Positions 38,310 to 60,000 of a stretch of DNA of 64,000 nucleotides are shown here, one piece after another. Within the stretch, counting starts at the first letter, position 1. Each line of letters begins with the position of its first letter. Origin of the DNA: Macrostomum hystrix. Taxonomy: Eukaryota > Animalia > Platyhelminthes. The notes under the pieces are model-generated. The model had not been told where the DNA came from and ran no database searches. It saw only the letters and a list, made by a program, of their open reading frames with translations. Location: positions 29,388,001-29,452,000 of the forward strand of contig CATNEN010000038.1 of NCBI GenBank assembly GCA_950097015.1, in the 5' to 3' direction. Position numbers and translations under genes: made by a program.

Positions 38310-38479
38310 TGCAGTTGCTAGCTGCGGTACTTAAAGCAGCTGTGCTAGACGGAGTAAGAACTTTAACTAGACAATTCGTGTCTGTGGCGTTTCACTTTTT
38401 TACAGGCTGAAGGGCAGAAATTAAACGAAACGCGGATCAATAAAGTCAGTAGCAATAAGGATTAGAAGATCGGCAACGA

Positions 38480-38705
38480 TCCTAGCTACTAATCTAGCTA
38501 CTGATTTAGCTGCTAATCTAGCTGCCAATCTAGCTACTGATCTAGCTAGACACTATTTGTACTGACCTAGCAGCAAATCTAGCTACTGATCTAGCTACTA
38601 ATATATCTACTGATATAGATGCGATTCTAGCTACTGATCTAGCTGCGACTCTAGCTGCTAATTTAGCTACTAATCTTACTGCGATTCTAGCTACCGATTT
38701 AGCTT
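38480..38705. repeat. Degenerate 12-bp repeat (GATCTAGCTACT) between EIPR1 and EAF
   Basis: Direct periodicity. Confidence 0.82.
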
Positions 38706-38923
38706 CAATTCTCAATAGCAAATAATAAAAAAACATGCAAAATAATTTCTTTGTTTTTAATCATTACTATATGTAATTTTCATCTACAGTTTTTAAATAT
38801 TCAAGCTATATTAAAGAAATCAATTATAACAATTTCTAAGAACCAATATACATTCTATACATGGGCATTAATAGAGCTAAAATAATTGTCACCGCAACCC
38901 AAAGACAGACAGACCAGGCGGCA

Positions 38924-41167
38924 TCATAGCAGAATGCGATACTTCTCACTCTTAGGCACGTGACTAATCACTAGGCGGCCATCGTAACTGAGCGAAGCGA
39001 ACAGCCACGGGTCGGTGGAGCACCACACAGCGGCGTAAACGCTGTCCTCGTGCTCTTCAACAATGGACACAGTGCGATCCTCCTGCTGGCTCTGCCTACT
39101 AGTTGATCTACTACGCCGATCGGCAACACTTTCTTGACTGTACTCGGAATCTTCTTCGTCGTCTAAATCGGCTAGGGACAGTACGGGCTCCGAGGATATG
39201 CTCTGGTTGTTAGTTAGGTAGACTTTAGCATCTGTGCCGGCAGAGAGTACCAACTGATCGTGATAAGGATTGAACTGCACACTGCACACCCAGTGCTTGT
39301 GCAGTCGCAGTGTCTTCAATGGCACCGTTGGCTGCCTGGTGTCCCAGAACTTCACCGACCCGTCATCACCGGAGCTGGCTAGGTAGTACTGCTTGTTGGG
39401 ATTGTAGTCGACACAGCGAGCCTGCGGTGTTGGCGATATAGACATTTATTGACTCCTATCGCTCCCAATCTAGGTCAATCAATACTTCCCAATCTAGGCC
39501 AATTAATACTTTCCAATCTAGGTCAATCAATGCTTCCCAATCTAGGTCAATCAATACTTCCCAATCTAGGTCAATCAATACTTCCCAATCTAGGTCAATC
39601 AATACTTCCCAATCTAGGTCAATCAATACTTCCCAATCTAGGTCAATCAATACTTCCCAATCTAGGTCAATCAATACTTCCCAATCTAGGTCAATCAATA
39701 CTTCCCAATCAAGGCCAATCAATACTTCCCAATCTAGGTCAATCAATACTTCCCAATCAAGGCCAATCAACACTTCCCAATAGGAACCAACCTGTCCACT
39801 ATGGGCATTGTCGATAACAATGACGGGCCCGTCACCAGTCGGACAGCGCAGATCAAAGCCTCTCAAACAGCCGGAGTCACAAGCGGCAGCCACCTGCTGT
39901 CCAGAATGATGCGGATTCCATGCCGCGTGCCAATAGCGCAACTGTTGTCTACCATCCTTAGCCGGCAGGTGAGTCAATAGGCGAACTTCGCCGCTGCCTA
40001 GGCCGAGCTGATAAAGGCCGCCGTCAGCAACTAGAATAGCTTCAGCGCGTTCCGGATGAAACGTTAAACAACGCGGCTCGCCTTGCTGATCTAATTCTAA
40101 ACTGCCGACTGACTGCATGGTCTCTACTGAAGCTGATAGGCCTTCGTCTGATGCGCTGCGATTGTGCCGCTGATTCTGCTGCTGCCGCTGCTGCCGCTGC
40201 TGCTGCTGCTGATTCTCGTCTGGCAGTTTCCATAGGCACCAACGCTTAGCAACGCTTGGATTTGTGCCAGAATCCATGCAGACCCTGATTACAATTTAAG
40301 ACATAAATATTGAGACTAATGTAGTCAAACGTAAGGGGGTGGGCGGCAGGGTTCCTGAGCTCGATTCTGCGGCGAGGCCGCATATAATTAGGGCGTAGCC
40401 GCGGAGAGAAGGCTTGGGGGCTTGTCGTGCCATTTAGGGCCAACCACTGAGTGAGCTACAAAAAGATGCACACTGTCTGACGATGAGAATGAAGAATTTC
40501 AGGTCAGGGCAGATGTGTGTGCGTGTGTGCCTGTGCCTGTGTACAGTATCAGTGTGCGTGTGTGCCTGTGTACAGTATCTGTGTGCGTGTGTGCCTGTGT
40601 ACAGTATCTGTGTGAGTTTGTGCGTTTGTGCCTGTGTACATTATCTGTGTGTGTGTTTCTGTGTAGAGTACTTGTGTGTGTGTGACTGTGTACAGCACCA
40701 GTGTGCTCAGGAGTCAGCGGAATGGGCAGAATTGCCTTCTCGCTGACTGCAGGTTAGTGTCACCAAATGATGTGCCATTGCCTGAAGCTCTCCTGCAATT
40801 ATTATTTTTATTATTATTATTATGGATAGCGGATCTGTAGTTATGTCCTACTACTAATAAGTAGGACATGTATAGACATTTCTATATACTAGCAGCATCG
40901 TTACCTATTGTAAACGGTGGCACAGAGGCTAGGATCGTGAGGAGCAACAGCTACAGACCAAATCTCGTCGCGTCCGTGATCAAACAGACGCTTGCTAACG
41001 CTATTAGTATCGGCATCCAGTGTCAATAGATGTAACTGGTTGTGCTCAACGCGAAGACCCTGAGTACCAATCATAAATTGCTGGCTATCATCCAATGCAG
41101 GCACAGAGCACAGTGCTCTGGCTTGAGTCTCTAGGCCATAGATAACTGGAGGATCGTCTATATCCAT
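38924..41167 (-). CDS. EIPR1: EARP/GARP-interacting WD40 protein (TSSC1)
   Basis: Exons 41167-40905, 40284-39792, 39421-38924. PVIYGLETQARAL, DYNPNKQYYLASSGDDG, EEHEDSVYA..W...DPWLFASLSYDGRLVI, KYRILL. Confidence 0.95.
39463..39785. repeat. 24-bp repeat filling EIPR1 intron 2 (CCCAATCTAGGTCAATCAATACTT)
   Basis: Direct periodicity. Confidence 0.95.
40335..40823 (+). mobile_element. SINE family A with expanded (GT)-rich interior, in EIPR1 intron 1
   Basis: GCTCGATTC head, shared body, (ATT)n tail. Confidence 0.8.
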
Positions 41168-41913
41168 GGCTTGTTTAGTTTTGGTGCTGTAAAAGTTTTA
41201 AGTGATAATCTGAATTTTAATTAAATTAAGTTACATTGATATAAATCTTGTGAATATTTAGCCAAACCAAAAATTATCTTCTATTGGCAACAAGACATAC
41301 CATACATGCGCAACCTCCCAAATCTTAGCCGGCCGTGCAACTTAGTTTATTGCTCTCATTTGCGACTTAGTTCATTTCATTGCTCTATTTACGACTTAGT
41401 TTGCTCTCATTTGCTCTCTTTTTCTCTCCCCTTTTTCCTTTTCTTCACGCCTTCCTTTTTTGTCCCTTGGTCCCCCCTTTGATTTTTTTTGTGCTTGGTT
41501 GATTGGTTTTTGCGACTTACCTTGCTTGGGCCTCATTTCACCCAGCCGGTTTGGCTGGGTGTTGCGCATGTATGAGACATACTAACTTAATATGTGCTTA
41601 TAACTATGCTAATAGACTGATTTATTCAAACTTAGTAAAAATGACTAGCACATATAGCATTCAATGTGCATTTTGCAATTTGACCACTAGTAACTTTTGG
41701 CCTTCATCTGACTTCCTGGTGTATACTAGGCCTAGTATGTATTGACTGGTGTACCCATTATCTAGATTGTGAGGTGCACACTAGAAAAAGTGTGGCTAGA
41801 GTAAATGCTAAAAAATATTTATTTTGTAATCTTGCAAGAAAGTTATAAAAGTTAAGAATGACAACTGTGCAATGAAACAAAGTCAAGTTTCAACATGTTT
41901 TACATTTTAGATT

Positions 41914-42225
41914 ATAATAATAATAATAATAATTGATTACACCTGCCCCAATTGGGTCAGATGTGCAGCCGACAGCACAGCCGCAGCTAATGCGCGGTGC
42001 ATCTGAAGGCTGCATACAGCTGTTCAGTCTATGGACTGGGGGGACGCCACACCCACCTTCAATTATCCCAGCTGATGCTGGTACCCATTTAACAGCTGGG
42101 TGAACTGAAGCAATGCAGAGTTAAGTGTCTTGCTAAAGGACACAAATTGTTCCAGTGTGGTCGGGAATCAAACCCCTGACCTTCAAGTCGTGAGTCCAAT
42201 GCCCTAACCACTAGGCTACAACCTC
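41914..42225 (-). mobile_element. tRNA-derived SINE family B
   Basis: Reverse complement of the 63166-63408 copy; head GGTTGTAGCCTAGTGGTTAG, body GTGTCCTTTAGCAAGACAC..AAATGGGTACC, (ATT)n tail. Confidence 0.85.
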
Positions 42226-44196
42226 TTACAAAGCAAATTGCTTAGATTATACAAAGCAATTATATTGTTTTTAGACCTCGACACACCACAAAATATAAAT
42301 TGCAAGGCAAGTTTATATTAACCATGCATGCCCAGCATGTCCTATTGGAAAAGGGGTATTTCATGGATAATATCCAGGGCAATCTTGCCTGCTTTCATGG
42401 CATTAAGTGCACTGCCTATCCTATATGGCTTGCCATACACATTGACATATTATGTACATTAGACCTAATCCTAATCCTAAAATCCTAAACTAATCCTGGT
42501 CACAATGTAAGAACTTGACTCATCACACACTAGGCCCTAGCCCTACCTAAAATAAATTAGTTTTGTGGACATGTGTCAGTCAACTTTTTCAACAATCCAG
42601 TTGTTGCACCTAAACTTTGACGATCATGTACATTTTTCATTTTTTCACTCTGGGGCCCATTTCTTTCTATGTTTAATTTCTAATTTTTAGTAGACTTGTC
42701 ACAAACCTTGGTAAAACTAGGGGGGCTTGTTGCATACTTTAGACCATGCCTCAAATCTGCACCATTTTTGCAGATATTCTAATATGCAATAGGGCCAATC
42801 ACCAATTGGCTGCTAAATAGTCTCTTTTTAAAAATAAAAGATTTTGAATCACTTTAAACTCAGCAGGTCATGAAACTAAGATATATAAGCATGGGTAAAA
42901 AATTAAATCTTGATACAATTCACTACTTTTAAAGTTTTGTGACAATATAGCCAAATTTTTTATTAAAGGACAGAAGATTATTTACATTTTTAGCTAACTT
43001 TAGTTTTATTTTATGTAATAACTCTAAACCAATTATTAATGGTAGGCCTAGGCCTAAATAGTCGATAGCAACTGACCTAGTTTGTTCTTATTCAACTTCC
43101 TGCAATTAAATAACACTACAGGCCCTAGAGCTGTTGGTTATAGCTAGCTAACTAGGGGGTCTGGGCATTGAGCCAGCTCTAAAGATCTACATCTATATAA
43201 GTTATGTGTTCATAGAGTCTAGAAATAAACTAGTTGGTCATACGAAGTATTGGTATTTGAGCAGAAAAGACTATAGGAGGCCGAAAACTATAAAAACGTC
43301 ATTTTAAATAGAACGTTGGTGATAATAATATGATGAGGCCGAATTAAGATAATTATAAACAAACAAAGTACTCTCATGGATTTGCATACTTTCGACTTTA
43401 TAAGTAAGTAAATAAGTAAATACTTAAGTAAGTAAGTGAGCCCATTTCATCATACCGCAACTTTCAAATAAAATCAGAATTCTTAAAATCGTATAATCAG
43501 AATGCACAAATAAGTTGTAAAATTAAATTTCACAAAAATATCAGTCGCTTTGTTTCGCAGCAAGAAAATTTTTTTAATTTTGTTGTAGTTTGTTAAAACT
43601 TAAGGTGAGCTTCTTGGAAAATTTTAAATTACAATACATTTTCCGCGTCAGCTTTGACACATTGCTCAATACTGACAATATAAAAAAATTATATAACGAA
43701 CGGAAGTAGAAAATTGCCACTCTGTCTTCTTGCATGATAGTACTGCTGCTCTGGCCTTGAAAATTTCTCTTTATTCTAACTTTATGACCTACTGCCAATT
43801 CTTTTATTTTTAATGTTGTACTCCTTGTTTATTCCCATTTTTCATTTTCTGTATTCTTTCAGTTAAATCAAGTTCAATGTCTTTGCCAAGAAGTAAATGT
43901 GAAGGTAACACTTTTAAGTGTTAAACTTTTAAGTGTTTCTTTTTAGCAAAAGTTTTGTAATAACTTGTACACTCGTACTATGCTATTATAGTTTTTTTTC
44001 GGAAAAAAATATCTGGGGCTTATTGCCATGTCCACTTTAAATATATATAATATAATAGTGTATAATGCATCACATAATTATTCTTATATTAAGCAGTTTA
44101 AATGTATTCTATTGCCAAATTTTGTTTTCTTAAAACACCTAAAAATAGTCAATTGAAGAGAAAGTTAACAATCTGCAGACAGCGTCTTGGCTGCTT

Positions 44197-44800
44197 GGGG
44201 CGAGGGGGGTCAGCGGACAGTGGCTAACGTCACTGCCTTGCACTCCAAAGGACGCTAGTTTGATTCACCCTTCAGGTCACAATTAATTTCGGTACTTGTT
44301 GGGGGGTTTGGACAGTAGCGACCAGCGGAGGTGCACCATATTTCGTGCAATCAAAGCTTGAAAAATAGCTTTGCTCCTACCTTTCTATGTGCCTGTTCTG
44401 CATTGTATGAGTTATGTGCGTTGGCGCTGGGGTGTTAGACCTTGCAGGGGGTGGCTGGGGGGCGGGTGTACACCGCCGCGCGCTCATCTGGATTTCCATC
44501 AGCGCAATTAGATTGGAAGTGTACACTCGTCACCTGCCCCCCCTGAGGACTGATTTCTATCAGCCTTCCGCCCCGGCTTGGTCTGCTCTGTGCGTGTGCG
44601 GGCCTGGGGTGAGAGGCACTCCAGCTGCCGCCCCCTTCCCTGCTTGGCTTGCTGCTGTGTGTGTGAGGTGCCTGCTCAGGGGAGGCGGCGCGATGGGCAG
44701 CTCTTGCCTAGTTCGCCGGCCTGGGGGCATGCCGTTCCTGTGTTTGTGCATCAAGTGCCCCAGGCCCCCCTGCAAAGTAAGTAAGTAAGTAAGTAAGTCT
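44197..44800 (+). mobile_element. tRNA-headed SINE family C with (AAGT)n tail and 13-bp TSD
   Basis: GTCTTGGCTGCTT at both 44184-44196 and 44801-44813; GC-rich island in AT-rich DNA; degenerate A/B boxes. Confidence 0.8.
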
Positions 44801-45276
44801 GTCTTGGCTGCTTTTCAGATTTTTTTAGTTCAGCACATATATAGGTACTTTGCCTGTAGGCCTATGCACTTTTCTTTACCTATATCAATATTTTCCTTTA
44901 TTGGCAATAAATTAATTAGAATTAATGATCCCTAACTCAACCTTACTTTACATAAATAGGAATTTGTGATATATTACTTGCACATAAGCTGTATAGCTAC
45001 AACTTTTAAATTCTAGTGAATAATATTTTTGTTCAACATAACAACACTTGTGTATTTTAATAGGACATGTTATCTGATGGAAGTTTCTAAATATTAGGGT
45101 CTTCCATTTGTAAACAAATTACATAAATGTTAAGCTGAACTTTTGTTTTAATTGTAGTTCTTTAAAACATTTAGATTGGCCTAGTAACAGTTTTTTATTT
45201 TAGTTATTTAATGTGTCCAATATTATATTTTTTAATTTGTTCTTTTTCAGATACTGTCTATATAGATTGACCAGTC

Positions 45277-54194
<8,918 letters not shown>

Positions 54195-55429
54195 TTATAC
54201 TACTAACAAGTTGTGATAGTAGTAGTTATAAACAGACTCGCGACAGTAATTGCACAAATTGGATTTAACTTCGATCTGATTATTCTGATATAATTATTAA
54301 CTTTCGGCTATCATTAACCGTTGTGTTTGCCCGACAATACTTACAGTGTTGTTTTGAACTTCAATGTACAATGTAGTAGCTGTTATTTTAAGTTATATAT
54401 GTAACCATTCCTAATCAAAGATGCGTTTTTTCGGTTGATAAAATGCAATAAATAGGTGTCTGTGTTCTGTTTGGTCCTGTCCGTACTTTTCCGTTTCGCA
54501 CTTCTTTGTTTTTGTTAGTTTCGAAAATATACAGAAAAAATGTACTAGCGTATTTCCACATTCCTTAAAATCCTTGCCATTTCTTTAATTGTTTAATATG
54601 CTTAATGAGCGATTGTAAACTAACGTATAAGGAGTACGCATTATTCACAAAATACAGAGGCGCTGAAATCCACTTTTCTCATTTGTTTGGTAAGCGGCAA
54701 AACACATGCGTTATAACTGTTAATTTAATATATAACACGAGTAATATATCCAATTAAGATTGGAAATCGCTATTTAAAGTTTAATACAGTTACTAAAATC
54801 TAATCTATATATATAAAAGTGAAAACTGTCTGTCTGTCTGTGTGTGTGCAACCTTTTGTCTTTGTAGACGCCGAAACCGCTCAACCAAATCGCACCAAAC
54901 TTTGCACATACCTAAAACCACCTACGCTGAGTGCAATAGGCTACTCAAATTCCCGAAAAATCATTTCCTTCCTGCTCAAAAGTGCAAAAAACTGCTCAAA
55001 AATCGTCAAAAAATCACTCAATTCGACATATCGTCGCCCCACTTTGTCAGATTTTCTCCAAATTTGATCCACTTACACTTTACATGTTTTCCAACAATGC
55101 TGTCAATTTTGAACATCTCTACTCAATCCAGAGCAAAGCTGCATCATCTCAAAGTGAGTCACTTTTTGTTTTCCGAGGACAGCCACCCCAACTCCCCTCC
55201 GCCACTCTGCGGGCCAAATTTTATTACAGCCACCCCCTCCCTTCCCCGGGCGCCGAAGCCCCAGACTGTACATTGTATTTCAAGCCGTGAATGTACACAG
55301 CCCAAACCCCTAGACTGTCTACTGGCCCCCCAAGCAGCACTGAGACTGAGTGCGGTGGCGTCCCAGTGCGCAGGGCTCTCCGGTCGATATTTCTCTCCAG
55401 CCAGCCTGGGATAGAAGAAAGAGAGAGGC

Positions 55430-56051
55430 TGGCGTTGACTTGCTGTCAGAGAGGGCAATTCTGTGTCCTAGAAATGATGCCGCCAACGAAATTAACTACC
55501 AACTGCTTCAGGAGTTGCCAGGTGCAGTTTTCACCTACAAGTCAATTGATACAACGTTGACTGATGACACCGCTGTGGAGTATCCTGTTGAGTTTCTGAA
55601 CTCTCTAGATCCTCCTGGAACTCCATCGCACAACTTGCAGCTGAAAGTTGGGGCACCAATTATGCTCCTCCGCAACCTGAATGCGCCAAGGCTGTGTAAC
55701 GGCACCAGACTGATAGTCAGGCGGCTCTTCCCACACGTGATTGAGGCCACGATAATGACTGGATCTGGCAGAGGAGAGTCTGTGTTCGTTCCCCGGATTC
55801 CAATTATCACCACGGACCTGCCATTTCAGTTCAAGCGACTGCAGTTCCCTGTGAGAGTGTGCTTTGCGATGACTATTAACAAGGCTCAGGGACAGTCGCT
55901 GAAGGTGGCTGGCATCAACCTGGAGACTCCTTGCTTCTCGCATGGGCAGCTTTATGTCGCCTGCTCCCGTGTTGGAACTCCAGCTGGCCTATTCATTTTC
56001 GCACCAAGGGGATGAACGAAGAATGTGGTGTATCCCCAGGCCTTGAGGTGA
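55430..56051 (+). pseudogene. Helitron PIF1-type helicase C-terminal fragment
   Basis: AILCPRN, LKVGAPIMLLRNL..LCNGTRL, QFPVRVCFAMTINKAQGQSL, FSHGQLYVACSRV; premature TGA at 56013 before TKNVVYPQAL; no Rep domain. Confidence 0.9.
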
Positions 56052-56203
56052 CTCGCAAGCAATTAATAGAAAAGTAGTCACGAATTGACCTTGACCTGTC
56101 TAACTCTGAACTCTGAAACAGTTTAATTTTGTTTCTTTGACATTGTTATTGTTATGCCATGGCTATTTTCCTTATGTATACGCGTGTACATGCATACTGT
56201 ATA

Positions 56204-56478
56204 CAGAGGCAGATTTAGGGGGGGGCGGGGGGGGGCAGTCGCCCCCCTAAATTTTAATCATGGGAATAAGATGCCCCCACCAGGGGCGCCAGTCGCAGCA
56301 CTGGCGCCCCTTTTCGGCCGCTGGCGCCCCTTTTTCAGCCGCTGGCTCCCGTTTTTCAGCCGCTGGCGCCCTTTCTTGGCTCCTGGCGCCCTTTTTCGGC
56401 TGCTGGCACCCCCTCTGTGATTCTCATGGCGCTTCCCTGACAGACCGCCCCAAAACAAAATTCCTGGATCTGCCACTG
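56204..56478. mobile_element. hAT-type MITE nested in the Helitron
   Basis: TIRs CAGAGGCAGATTTAGG and CCTGGATCTGCCACTG; 8-bp TSD ACTGTATA at 56196-56203 and 56479-56486. Confidence 0.88.
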
Positions 56479-57004
56479 ACTGTATAGAGGAGTGGCTAAG
56501 AGACATGTTTCTAAAGAAGTAATCAAGAGGGGGCTGTTTGGACAAACTTTTCACTTATTTTTTACTTAAAACGCCCTTAAACAAACTCTTCACTTTTTTC
56601 ATTAATGTAGTAAATAAATAAATGGTGACCTTCACTATAAAGTTAATACAGAGACGTGAATTGCTTACTGCTTTGCTTTAAATTTCTGCCCCAAAAACAA
56701 CGGGCAAAAAAAGCTAGTAAGTTATATAAAAAGTTAGCACAAAAATGATAGCATAACAGGAATGGTAGCAAGCACTAATATCAGTAAGTTTATTGTGGAT
56801 TATAGAACAGCACCGATAAAAGTTCATTTAAAGCTTGAGTTGTAATCAGAAATCTTAATTAGCATTTTAGAAATGCAACAGGAATATAATAAATCTTAGC
56901 TTTGATTATAAAAGCCCATAGGATTACGGAAATATTAAATAAAATTTTATCAAAACAATGTTTCCTGATTCTGATAGTTGTTTCATCGGATTTTATACCA
57001 GGGT

Positions 57005-60000
57005 CTAATCCTTATCGCCAGTCACCAATCGCATTCCCTCGCGCAGAGTCACAGGATATTTGATCAGCCTAGCAAGCCTACGCAGCAGTCTCAGCCAATA
57101 GCAGGCCACGTTGGAGTCACGCAGATGGTTCTCAATTAATCTAGCGCCCTCAGCTGCAATTCTCTTAGCCCAATCGGGATTAGCGCGCAGGAATTGGAGC
57201 TTATCATCGGCGTCGCGCAGATTAGGCAGCAGCGGCACGTAGTGTATCCAGGGTCGCATTGCGGGGTAAAAGAATTCGCGCCAATTATCTTGAACGTGCA
57301 GCACCACAGAGCCGCAGAGGAGGATGTGACGAAGACGAAAGCTGGCTGCAACGCCGCGCATGTTAATTAAATACCTGAAGTGATAATTGAGGCGGATTAG
57401 CATCAGAATACTGGGAAATGGGATTCGGACATTTTAATGATAACACACTAATAAGCAGCATATTAAAAACTGAAGTTTTGGTCAAATTTTATATATAAAA
57501 GTAAACTAGACTTATGATTGTGCAAAACATATATTATCACATCGAATAATATAATTAGCGATTAATAATCTTAAGACAATTAGGAATAGGAGTGGGGATT
57601 ATCCAACTCTAGTGGGATTAGAATGGGAGTGGGGATTATCCAACTCTAGTGGGATTAGAATGGGAGTGGGGATTATCCAACTCTAGTGGGATTAGAATGG
57701 GAGTGCGGATTATCCAACTCTAGTGGGATTAGAATGGGAGTAGGGATTATCCAACTCTAGTGGGATTAGAATGGGAGTGGGGATTATCCAACTCTAGTGG
57801 GATTAGAATGGGAGTGCGGATTATCCAACTCTAGTGGGATTAGAATTGGAGTAGGGATTATCCACTCTAGTAGGATTAGAATGGAAGTAGGGATTATCCA
57901 ACTCTAGTGGGATTAGAATTGGAGTGGGGATTATCCAACTCTAGTGGGATTCGAATGGGAGTGCGGATTATCCAACTCTAGTGGGATTAGAATGGGAGTA
58001 GGGATTATCCAACTCTAGTGGGATTAGAATTGGAGTGGGGATTATCCAACTCTAGTGGGATTCGAATGGGAGTGCGGATTATCCAACTCTAGTGGGATTA
58101 GAATGGGAGTAGGGATTATCCAACTCTAGTGGGATTAGAATGGGAGTGGGGATTATCCAACTCTAGTGGGATTCGAATGGGAGTGCGGATTATCCAACTC
58201 TAGTGGGATTAGAATGGGAGTAGGGATTATCCACTCTAGTAGGATTAGAATGGGAGTGGGGATTATCCAACTCTAGTAGGATTAGAATGGAAGTAGGGAT
58301 TATCCACTCTAGTAGGATTAGAATGGGAGTGGGGATTATCCACTCTAGTGGGATTATAATGAGAGTGGGGATTATCCAACTCTAGTGGGATTATAATAAG
58401 AGTGGGGATTATCCAACTCTAGTGGGATTAGAATGGGAGTAGGGATTATCCACTCTAGTGGGATTATAATGGGAGTGCGGATTATCCACTCTAGTAGGAT
58501 TAGAATGAGAGTAGGGATTATCCACTCTAGTGGGATTAGAATGGGAGTAGGGATTATCCACTCTAGTGGGATTAGAATGAGAGTAGGGATTATCCACTCT
58601 AGTGGGATTAGAATGGGAGTGGGGATTATCCAACTCTAGTAGGATTATAATGAGAGTGGGGATTATCGAACTGTAGTAGGATTACTATGAGAGTGGGGAT
58701 TATCCAACTCTAGTGGGATTAGAATGGGAGTGGGGATTATCCAACTCTAGCAGGATTACAATGAGAGTGGGGATTATCCAACTCTAGTGGGATTAGAATG
58801 GGAGTGCGGATTATCCAACTCTAGTAGGATTATAATGAGAGTGGGGATTATCGAACTGTAGTAGGATTACTATGAGAGTGGGGATTATCCAACTCTAGTG
58901 GGATTAGAATGGGAGTGGGGATTATCCAACTCTAGCAGGATTACAATGAGAGTGGGGATTATCCAACTCTAGTGGGATTAGAATGGGAGTGGGGATTATC
59001 CAACTCTAGTGGGATTAGAATGGGAGTGGGGATTATCCAACTCTAGTGGGATTAGAATGGGAGTGGGGATTATCCAACTCTAGTGGGATTAGAATGGGAG
59101 TGCGGATTATCCAACTCTAGTGGGATTAGAATGAGAGTGGGGATTATCGAACTGTAGTAGGATTACTATGAGAGTGGGGATTATCCAACTCTAGTGGGAT
59201 TAGAATGGGAGTGGGGATTATCCAACTCTAGCAGGATTACAATGAGAGTGGGGATTATCCAACTCTAGTGGGATTAGAATGGGAGTGGGGATTATCCAAC
59301 TCTAGTGGGATTAGAATGGGAGTGGGGATTATCCAACTCTAGTGGGATTAGAATGGGAGTGCGGATTATCCAACTCTAGTGGGATTAGAATGGGAGTAGG
59401 GATTATCCACTCTAGTAGGATTAGAATGGAAGTAGGGATTATCCACTCTAGTGGGATTAGAATGGGAGTGGGGATTATCCACTCTAGTAGGATTATAATG
59501 AGAGTGGGGATTATCGAACTCTAGTGGGATTAGAATGGGAGTAGGGATTATCCACTCTAGTGGGATTATAATGGGAGTGCGGATTATCCACTCTAGTAGG
59601 ATTATAATGAGAGTGGGGATTATCGAACTGTAGTAGGATTACTATGAGAGTGGGGATTATCCAACTCTAGTGGGATTAGAATGGGAGTGGGGATTATCCA
59701 ACTCTAGTGGGATTAGAATGGGAGTGGGGATTATCCAACTCTAGTAGGATTAGAATGGAAGTAGGGATTATCCACTCTAGTAGGATTAGAATGGGAGTGG
59801 GGATTATCCACTCTAGTAGGATTATAATGAGAGTGGGGATTATCGAACTCTAGTAGGATTACTATGAGAGTGGGGATTATCCAACTCTAGTGGGATTAGA
59901 ATGGGAGTGGGGATTATCCAACTCTAGTGGGATTAGAATGGGAGTGGGGATTATCCAACTCTAGTGGGATTAGAATGGGAGTGGGGATTATCCAACTCTA

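Larger units (their letters stand above)
54804..56717 (+). mobile_element. Internally deleted Helitron
   Basis: 5' A|TCTATATATATAAAA followed by (GTCT)n; 3' hairpin TGCCC..GGGCA then CTAG|T; carries a PIF1 helicase C-terminal fragment. Confidence 0.85.

Noticed and set aside
55350-56015. Host PIF1 helicase gene
   Set aside because: C-terminal fragment only, with a premature stop, enclosed by Helitron termini
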